Shown: piece by piece, positions 54,803-64,000 of the stretch
Position numbering within the stretch: position 1 is the stretch's first letter
How the letters are laid out: each line of letters starts with the position of its first letter
Source of the DNA: Utricularia gibba
Taxonomy: Eukaryota > Plantae > Magnoliophyta
Length of the DNA: 64,000 bases
Direction of reading: 5' to 3'
Assembly (NCBI GenBank): GCA_002189035.1
Contig: NEEC01000008.1
Location: forward strand, 1,116,001-1,180,000
Notes under the pieces: model-generated
What the model saw: the letters and a program-made list of their open reading frames with translations, nothing else
Database searches by the model: none
Told to the model about the DNA's origin: nothing
Position numbers and translations under genes: made by a program

Positions 54803-57198
54803 TCACATTGATTGAGCAGCCATTCCTGGGGCTCTGTTTATGCAGCATCACAAAATGCGCCACATGCAATTTGTATTCATCTCTCGCGACACACTCCATG
54901 TCCATACGAGAATTTTATTATCCCACCATATTTCAGACATATCTTTATAATTGTATAATATAAATCAAATTAAGTTTAGGTAAATGGCATTTTTACCATT
55001 ATAATTGTATAACATATATTTATGTAAATATAAATAATTCAAATATAATGTGGATTAAATTATTTGAAGAGGCAATCAGTACTACGAGATGGTTTGGTTG
55101 TTGATAAGCAGTCAAGGGAATGGAAGTTGGTTGGGCTGGGGATGAGATTAAACAAGAGCAAGTTGGTGTATGGGCAAAGGCACAGTGGAACATGGGACTG
55201 GGTCCCCGCTGGGGGATCCTTCAACAATCAACCGACTTTCAACTGAAAAAAACTGCCAAAACGGCCGACACCCGCGGCACACAAGAGACAGCCTCAGCTG
55301 CCTTTGCTTATGCTCTCAACTCCCTGTCGGCTCCGCAATCCCCCAACCCAAACCCAAATCTGAATTGGGAATCGGTGGGCGATGCCTTATTATTATTGGG
55401 AGTATTATAACAAACAATATCACATAATTTAAAAAGTAAATAGTAAAGTATATAATAAATTATAATTTATATATAATTAATTGAAATTAATATTTTTAAA
55501 TGTGATATATGTTTTTGTGTATTTCAACTTCATAAAAATACTCCCCCGACTAATTGAATTTTTATTTTCATTATGATATCAAAGTATTTGTCTCATAGCA
55601 CGACTTGAATAGCCAAAATAAGTTTCATTCTAGTTTGAGTTTCGATTAAACAATAAAAAATAAAAAGATGTATTAGATTTATACAATAAAAATTAGATTG
55701 ATCTATGATTTGAATATTAACTACAATCATAAAAAAACAAAAAACAAGTCTTAGTTGAATAAAAAAACCAAATCTAACTTAAGGGTGAGTATTAAAATAA
55801 TTAATCTCATATCGAAAAATGAAAATATAATAATTAAGTATCTTTTATAATGTGATTTAAGTTTATTGTCTACTTAGACTTTATATTTGGTGTGCTCGCT
55901 TGATGTATCAGATTATGAATTTCAATAGTGAGCTGCTGGTGTGGGATTGATGAATGCAACATCTGTTATCAAGGCACATGGAGCGGGAGGCGTGGGACAC
56001 AGAGGTGAAGAGGATGCCTTAACAGGTGTTAATGGCGTGGGGACGGAGGATCGGTCTTGGTCCGAAGGTGTATGGATTGTGTAACGTGGTTGGGGAGGAT
56101 AGAGCTTTCATTTGGAAAGATGGATTCTGCAATGCGGCAATGGAGTTTGCTGAAATGCAGCAACATGAATCAGGTAACACTTTTAGTGGGGGAGGCGGAT
56201 CTGTGTGTGTGTTTGTGGCAGAGGGTCTTTCCATCTTCTGGTGTTTCTTGGGGACACAGCAGCAGCAGGAGCGGGACAAGGGAATTGTTCTGGTGAGAGC
56301 CATGCTGCAGCAGGTGCTTGTGTTAGGAGATCAGCTGGTCGTATCCCTGTCCCAGGCTTCACCTCACAACAAGACACAGGAACCCACCGAGTTCGTACCA
56401 GCCCAGGGACCACCACGATTGGGCCGAGAGGCCGGCCTATTATCATACCAAACTCCAGGCCTGTATCACTCCATGCCCGTTACAGTGTCAGCCCAAGAAC
56501 CATAGAATCCAGAGAGATGTTCGTTCCGATGCAGTTATTCCCGCTTACACCTCTCTTATCTAAGATAACGGCGCCGGAACCATTTTATTAGAATAAATAA
56601 TTTTGTATGGAGAAATAAAATTGAAATATTTAAATATATAAAAGATTGTAAATTATTAATAATAAATTAGATTTAATTTTTTTCAATATGAATTTTAATT
56701 TTACACATGCTAGTCTGTTTCATTGGATATTGAATTTTAACATTTAGGGATTATCCTATATGAATTCTTGTAATAAATTCTACTTATTTTAAAATGAGAA
56801 TTAACCCAGATTAATTCTCATTTCTTAAAGAAATAAAGAGAAGGATAACGTAATTCTCTTTTTTTTTTCAGTATAAGTAGAATTTATTTGATAAGAATTG
56901 CGTATAGAACATGTCCTTAGATTGTTCATTTTGTTACAAAAATCACTGCTGACCGTGCGATGCTCATGATGGATAAACGGGCACGGTGTCCGCCGTGGTA
57001 GTGAAGACGGCTAAGAGCGCCGCGTCGGAAAGAGCTCAGACGGCAAGCGGTCTAAAACCAGTCAACTTAAAAGGTAATCACCGTGCTTATTTGTCTTTAA
57101 GTATATTTACTTCAATAAACAAAATATCAATAAATTGAATGGTGATGAACAAGTGTATGGTACGGTACTACATACAGGGGAACTGGGGAAGAATGAAC

Positions 57199-57642
57199 TC
57201 AAATCAACTCATCGTAGTAGCTCGGGAGGGCGTGAAATTCGGAGGAGAAGAAATCGGAAAAATCCGGTGCAAAAAACTCACTGCCGTCGGAGATGGATCC
57301 TTCCTTCATCTCCTCGATCGGCATCAGGAGCGAATTCATAGTAGTGGAACTCGGGCTATCTTCACGGGAAATCTCCGAGTAGGATACCTGGAGAGAATCG
57401 GAGTTGTGCGGAGAATCGACGGACTGGAAATCGATGAAATCGGAAGGATGGAGACGGGAATCGAAGCACTGAGAGACGTCGGAGTTTTTCCCGGTGAGAT
57501 GCTGAACGAGCGATCTGAAATTGGAGGCGCTGGTTCTGACCTTCATCGGACTAGAGATGTAGACGACTTTGAGCGGATCCTTGGATCTGGAGCTTTTGGC
57601 GGTGGACTTGCTCTTGCTTGATCGCAAACTTCGGCTCTCCAT
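57199..57642 (-). CDS. SIB1: VQ-motif protein, sigma factor-binding protein (SIB1/2) type, intronless, 147 aa
   Basis: LKVVYISSPMKVRTSASNFRSLVQHLTG has FxxxVQxLTG preceded by the SIB-type YISxPMxVxT. ATG 57642. Confidence 0.88.
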   Translation of the reverse strand: MESRSLRSSKSKSTAKSSRSKDPLKVVYISSPMKVRTSASNFRSLVQHLTGKNSDVSQCFDSRLHPSDFIDFQSVDSPHNSDSLQVSYSEISREDSPSSTTMNSLLMPIEEMKEGSISDGSEFFAPDFSDFFSSEFHALPSYYDELI

Positions 57643-59106
57643 TTCAGTTTCCCGTCAAGGTCAGTTGAGATGGAGAACGGGGATACATCAGGACGGATTA
57701 TATACTCCAAGGGGGATAAGCTTCTGCGAAATGGGAACGAGGAAGATGACGAAGCTGGGAGGAAGGGGGGGAGATGGGAATGGATGATGGCTGGAAGGAC
57801 CCGCAAACAGCAGCCCTTCCTTGATAAACCGCACGTGCGCCGCCATGGCTGACTGGTATTCCTTTTTCCATAGTTTATTGGTGGCTGCTGTCGGATGAGG
57901 TTGAGTAATTCAAAATCGGATGGATTGGACGGCTGCACATGTTAATTCAAAGTATATAATTGATTATTACAATATATTTTTTAATATAGTATTTTGTATT
58001 ATAACATATGATAAGTGAAGTGATGTTCAGTTTCATCAGTCCAGTCACAATGTCCGGCGTGCCGACAAAAGAGGCTGGGAGTATGCCGGAGAAACCATAG
58101 CCTGACTGCATAAGCATTTCATCAAGGGATGGCTCTGAAAGTCGATTCTCCTTGTGCTTCGAACGCTGACTCAAGCAACACTTCAGAATTTGCATCCACA
58201 TTCGGGTAACTAAAATCCAGATATCAACTCTCTGAAGCTTTTCTACGTCAACTACGGCTGAAAACTGAAACCTCCGATACAGATCCAGGTGCGGACAACG
58301 AAACCACCTGCGTATAACCACGACTACCGTATTACCAAATCCAGCGGTGACCCATCTAGAATCGCTGAATTAGAGAAAGAGAAAGATGTTCAGCGGAGGC
58401 ACGAGATTCGCAAAGTGCAGCTTCCAAGAAGACGTTCCCGAAAACAAACCCTCTTCCAGAATCCCAAGAAACAGAAGACAGAGCTTTGCTGTAGCTTAGT
58501 CAGGAGTGAAGCAGCGCCGGGAAGCAAGAAGCCAGTGCCGTAAGCGATGGAAAAAGCACAAAAATGTGCCCACAGGGAAGCAGGCAGTTCCCCCATTGGA
58601 GAGAGAACTGCATCTGCAATGACAGGTGGCTAGACCTGAAATTCGACTTCCTCCGCTAGCCTTGACAAGCAGAAGAGTAGAATGCAGTTGCAATGAGCAA
58701 AAAACACGGAGAGTCCCCGATCAGTTCCATATTCTTCTTACCAAAAATAAAACCACCTCTCTGTACCTGATTGAACTAACCGGAAAAATTCCACCGCCGC
58801 AGCTATGATGATATTAATGCATGCTGCCCATGATAATTCCGGCAAAAAGACGTGAAATCCAGTAGATAATATCGAAAAAAAACAAATCAGAATTATGGCT
58901 ATGCGACGTAGTCCTTGTGTACTCATATTACCTGCTTAGCTTCGGTGTAGGTTTCGTCTTCTTCGTAATTGTGCACATCGTCTTTCGTCGGCGAGATATA
59001 GATATGCGGCTGCGGCGACGGCTGCGCGGAGGGGAGAGCGAGAAATGACGGTCACTGGAAACATTGACTGGCGAGGGGGGGTTTCACTTTTCAGCGGTTT
59101 TATCTT

Positions 59107-59152
59107 TGGGCCGAAATTATTCGGTTTTCAATGGACCGAGGCCCGTTGGGCT
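59107..59152. promoter_or_regulatory. Site II elements in a likely bidirectional promoter upstream of ARPC2A
   Basis: TGGGCC 59107-59112 and TGGGCT 59147-59152, between divergent GC-rich leader-like sequences. Confidence 0.55.
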
Positions 59153-59490
59153 TTTTAAGAAGGCCCGTTGGAGAGGCGTGGTTAATCTCGATTCCGTTTC
59201 TTTGGAATCTCGGATTACTTCCTCTCCCTCTCGGCTGATTCTGTGTAATGTTTTGGAACTGAACTCCTGATTTAATCATTTTTCTGTTAAGAAGATGCAA
59301 AACTTGTAGGAAGATTTCATTCAAAACGATGAAATTGTGCTAATCTTGTTCTGCAGGTTGATTAGGCCCCTGTGCTCATTCCAGCTGTAGACGTCACTTC
59401 CGTTGATTTCTGTTCGTTTTCGGTATGAATGTTTGAGCTATCCGGTGGAATGCCATAAAACGTTTGGAGAATTGTAAATATTGGAGCTCC

Positions 59491-61731
59491 ATGATACTGT
59501 TTCAGTCGCATAACAGATACCTACTGCAAGTGTTGTCTACTAGGGTACAGAAGTAAGTGGTCATTTCGTTTTTTCGAGTCTTTTCACGCCTGCTTCTTTT
59601 TATCCTCATCTCCTATGTTGAACGAATATGCTGGCCACCTGATACTTAAGATTGCTTAGTTGCTGTGCGCCTTTATGTGTAACCTCACATGCAAGTAGAA
59701 ACAAGGTCTTACTCCAGTAAGGATCTAAACCACCTCTAGAAATCTTAGAAAAGGTCAATGATTTGTATTGTCATCGTGATCTGTCTGTATAGTTTTTTTA
59801 CTTTTAAGCATTGGGGGTGTTTGTCACATAGTAAACGTGTTACGGTTACATTTTTAGGCTCCAGCTGCTACAACCTTTTTGGATATGGTTGTTATGTGGT
59901 GTTGATTCTTTCTGTTTTGGTAATCTGTGTTTGTCAGTCTTGAAAAAGGAGCTGAAATAGACTGCCAGTGGATTGAGTTCGATGATGTTCGCTATCATAT
60001 TCAGGTGGTTGTAGTCTTGTTCTATCCATGTCAGAAATCTTCATTAAGAAAAACATTACTGTGGATCTGTTCTCTTATGCTGCATTTCTTTCAGGCAAAC
60101 GCAAAGAATGCCAATATTCTACTCCTATCCCTATCACTACCCTCACCCACTCGAGAAACTGCGTTTTTTGGCGGGCTTCCTCAAGGAGCTATAGAGGCAA
60201 TCAAAGCAGCATGTGGATCTGTCTTACAGATCCTTGATCCTCCAAGGGATGGTTTTAATCTCACAGTGAAACTGAATTTATCCAAGCTTCCTCCTGAAGA
60301 AGGTTCCGCGAGTTTCCTTTGAGTTAAAGAGTAGTTATCAATACGTGTGTGTTGGAAAAGAAATCTTTTTGATGCAGCTCATGTTTGTTGTGTTCTATTC
60401 TGTCTGCAAACACAGAGCTCAAGGAGGAACTTCTACTGAATATTGCTTCTATAAGGGAGGTTGTACAAGGTGCACCGGTGAGAGCTATTCTAAGACAATT
60501 TGTTTTGAGGACTGTGAGGTCCGATTCTGGCCAATTGCTTTCGCTTGCTCATCGGCCAAATGAGTATTTTTTTGTTATTCCCCAGGTAATTTATCCCAAC
60601 CTTTCTAAAGTTATGCATTTTCTGATTTGAAAGTATGCATCTCCCGTCCTTAATGAATGCTATTTTCTAATATCAGGTAGAAAAGGTTACCTTTGTTTTT
60701 CCCTTGCGATTCAGTGATCCTGTAGATGCCGCTTTGGCTACATGCTTCCTCCAGGTACCTCGATTGAGTTACAGAAATGAACGAAAATTATCCATTAAGG
60801 ATCCTGTAGTTATTTTGTGTTTTTTTTTAGTGTCATGCTGGATTGCTGCATTAGATATGTATTATGCAATACACTACTGATTTTTTCATTTAAAATATGC
60901 ATCTCCAATGAGTCTCCTACTGGTGCTTATTTCTGCTCTATTGTCTGTTTTTTAAGAGAGTTTTTGTTTAAGAATTCTTTCGCTCGATATGGTGAATTCA
61001 GGAATTCGTTGAAGCAAAGCGAGCTACTGGACTTAGCAGTGCCCCCTTGTCACTTATTCCTCTTCACCTCCAGAAGAAATGGAAGGAGCTTCTGATGAAT
61101 CGTTATCAGCAAATGCTGGATTTGTTAGCTTCGGTGCGTCCTTGATTTTCTACTGGGCATTTATAACCTTTTACCTTATGAAAACCAACCAACCTATCTG
61201 GCACCGGTGAACAGTAATTCTCCCTAAACACGTAGAAGGGAGAAAGCTAGACAGAACTGCTTGGTCCTTACTAACCTTCCCTTCCTATGTCAGGTATCAT
61301 GTTAAGGTGAGAATCTCTTGTTTCCCTCGATTGAAAGTGGTGATGGTATTCATGTGAAGAGGGTTTAAAATCGTATTAATACCATTTATCCTTGCAAAAC
61401 AGTGTTCAGGGGCTTTCATGCATACACGGATGCGGCGTCGTGTCGAATCTCTCATAGAGGTAAATCCTTCAGTACAATCCGGGGTATTGGCTATGTCGAT
61501 CTTCCTTACGTTTTCCACATATAAGCTTTTTGCATGACTATGAACAAAATGAGTTGTTCTCTGCCAAAAACCACAGCCAATGTTTCCAACGAGCTGCTTG
61601 CATTCAAGTAAACTTATGAATCTAACCTTTTCTGCGCCCCCAACTCCCTTCTGCTGCAGGCTCTAGACCGCGCCAAATCAGAGTCAGATGACGCCAACAG
61701 AGCCGCGCAGAACAGATCGTTCAAACGGCTG
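59491..61731 (+). CDS. ARPC2A: Arp2/3 complex subunit 2A (DISTORTED2), multi-exon; terminal exon not resolved
   Basis: MILFQSHNRYLLQVLSTRVQ|LEKGAEIDCQWIEFDDVRYHIQ, GLPQGAIEAIK, ILDPPRDGFNLTVKLN, ASIREVVQGAP, HRPNEYFF, SANAGFVSF, PKHVEGRKLDRT, GFMHTRMRRRVESLI, NRSFKRL|. Confidence 0.95.
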
Positions 61732-62358
61732 GTACGTTATAGCAGACCTCAGACAAATGCACAGCTTTTCCTTCCTAGGTCGTTTTTGATGGGTTGCAAC
61801 AACACATTTCCAGAGCACAAAGGATGGCCACAACAGCTTCAATTCAAGATAAGTTTCTGCTTGCCGATAACACTCCCGGTGGAATAACTGAAGCCACACA
61901 TCCGTAGCAGCATCACCACCGGAATATCAGTGCGAGCTGAAGCTACATCCCCGGCCGGTGGTGCGCTCCTCGCCTGACTAACCAGTTTGTGTACCCGGAA
62001 CAGCCCTCTTTCCTCTGTGGCATTAGCCCCTTTTGAAAGGTACCTACACTTTGTTCAGCACATGTTAGGAGATGACAATAGGGTTGTGTACAGCCGGCCA
62101 CTCATCACTCTACATTTTCTATTTATATTTTGGAACAAAAATTATGTTAAAATTGTTTATAAAATTTTTTTTTTAAATCATACAGCGCAATCACCAATAG
62201 ATAAAATAGGAATAACCAACAAATGATAAATAAATAGGATAAAAGGGGATATTGAAATAGACCGAATTCGGATGGTAAAGGGGTCGGGTCGAAGCGGTGA
62301 TCGGCCCAAAATTGTAAAGGCGGTGGAGTTCTGCTGTGAGGGCTTTCCTGGTTCCTCC

Positions 62359-64000
62359 ATGGCCGGACACTTCCTTCCGCCAGCCGAGCTCACTCCGAGC
62401 GGCCGCCCGGTGCTGAAGCATGGTGAGGTTGAGTGCACGCTTCTATCGTCCGTTGACCTTCTCTCCGAGGAATTCCCTTCATTCCCCCATCTTAAGTCCG
62501 GCCTCCTCATCCTCACCACACATCGCCTACTTTGGCTTCCGGGAGACACCGTGGCGCACAAAAGTTCGTCTTTTTTCATCCCTTTATCGGCAGTGCAGCA
62601 AATTTTATCTAACAGGAAGTCGATCATGTCCATGTTCCATAGCCCGAGGATCCGCTTCCATCTTTCCACTTCGGAAGATGGGAGAGTTTCAGTCAATGGA
62701 GTAGGAGCAAAATCATTGGTGATCACTTTGATTGTGAGGGATAAAACTGATACAGATTCATTTTTGGAGAAATTTTGGGATGTTTGGAGGGGTCGAGCAT
62801 GGGAAGCATCGCAATCGGATTCTAGTCGAAATTCTGCGAGTGAGGAGGGATCGGATCATGGGTCATTGGCGATTCGAATGCCGGTTGTGGGAGTTGCAGG
62901 AATATTGAGGAAAGAACAGGAAATGTGGGAGAACACGGACAAGAGTTTGCAGGATGCTTTTCAGGATCTGAATGCTCTCATGGTCTGTAAGTCCGTGACT
63001 GGAATTTTTCTATTGGGTTATGTTCCTTTATTGCTGTTTTGTTTTCATCTCATTGATGGCCTTGCTGCTGATGCATTGGTTGAACTTTAGAGTAAAGCAA
63101 AGGAAATGGTGATGCTCGCTGAGAAGATGAGATTAAAGCTACTATCAGGTCCAAGTAATCAAGGAGGTGGGCCGAACGATGACGAGACTGCTACTAAGGA
63201 AGAGATGCAGGATTGGTTGTTGAGTGTTGGTATTGTCTCTCCTGTCACCAAGGAATCTGCTGGTGCTTTTTACCATCAACAGTTATCACGTCAGGTATTT
63301 ATTTGGTCCAGTTAACGGCATGCCACTCGATATGCTTTCGATGATCAAGAATCTGTTCACGGTTAGTTGGCAGATTTTGTCAAGATACCTTTAGAAAGAG
63401 CTGGAGGTATGATGAACCTAATTGATATCTATTGCCTATTCAATCGTGCCCGTGGAACAGGTGTGTATTTTCTTGCGTTAAATTTCCTTCATTTTCTGCC
63501 TTTCTTGAAGTTCAATTGCAGTGGATCACGTCAAGTCTTTAGTATACGCTGTTTGCTATAACAGAGCTGATCTCACCGGATGATTTGCTTCAAGCATGTT
63601 CTCTCTGGGAAAAAATCAATGTGTATGCAAGCTTCTTTCTTGAGCTCATTCTTTGATTAAAAAAAAGGGTTGTCTTTTGGCTTTTTATGTTTATCTACTG
63701 AATTGGAATTACCACTGTCTCCATTAGTTTGAATATTTGTTTTCTATATGATAGTTCCGTGATGCTGAGAAAATTTGATAGTGGAGTTATGGTTATCCAG
63801 AGTAAAAGCCACAGTGACGATGAGGTGAATTCCTATTTTCTAGTGCTTGTTTGTGTTCATTATTGGTTCATGATCGGAGCTGTGTGACATTTTGTGAGAA
63901 ACGCTGTTCCTCCATATGTGTGGTCCTGAGCATAGATCCTAATGCTCTGGTTTCACATGTATCGCACACCACCTGTGCTACTGCATCTTGCGTTGTCGAT
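62359..64000 (+). CDS. VPS36: ESCRT-II subunit VPS36 (GLUE + EAP30 domains), incomplete at the window end
   Basis: [19 protein letters not shown]...[12 protein letters not shown] (GLUE), [74 protein letters not shown]. Confidence 0.96.

Noticed and set aside
56273-56367. miR166-like hairpin: CCAGGCTTCA (56352-56361), GGAATTGTTCTGG upstream and a GGGACAAGGGA/TCCCTGTCCC stem
   Set aside because: Only about 13 of 21 nt match mature miR166, and the two arms do not pair in miRNA/miRNA* register. A 10-mer match is plausible by chance in 128 kb of both strands.
62272-62358. In-frame upstream ATG adding 29 aa to VPS36
   Set aside because: The extension is not recognisable, lies in a promoter-like context, and recalled orthologues start near MAGHF.

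Overview
Gene-dense nuclear region of a eudicot plant. Spliced GT-AG genes alternate with very AT-rich spacers, at about one gene per 3 kb, and many introns are only 60-100 nt. This suggests a compact genome, possibly asterid/Lamiales (inference). Genes recognised from protein motifs, in order: plastid ribosomal protein S20, PSMD5/Hsm3-like proteasome chaperone, a secreted 8-Cys defensin-like peptide, a frameshifted OB-fold pseudogene, RING-H2 E3 ligase, mitochondrial MDH head-to-head with MORF8, ATI1/2, IDM1, UBC13, ALG9, HEME1, ZDP, a FYVE/SYLF protein, a group-D (TDY) MAPK, a GDSL lipase lacking its catalytic Ser, NCED, a SIB1-type VQ protein, ARPC2A and VPS36 (runs off the end). The best leads are not visible as such in the ORF track: (1) a two-exon 51-aa membrane microprotein gene at 37390-37621; (2) an apparent 1.1-kb twice-spliced leader with three uORFs upstream of the MAPK; (3) a decayed, intron-retaining relic of plastid ribosomal protein L13 at about 41.0-41.3 kb; (4) a spliced transcript with a 36-nt micro-exon and no long ORF at 58-59 kb; (5) the Ser-less GDSL pseudo-enzyme and an atypical defensin-like Cys pattern. 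All family assignments come from recalled motifs, not database searches. Exon boundaries were read by eye.
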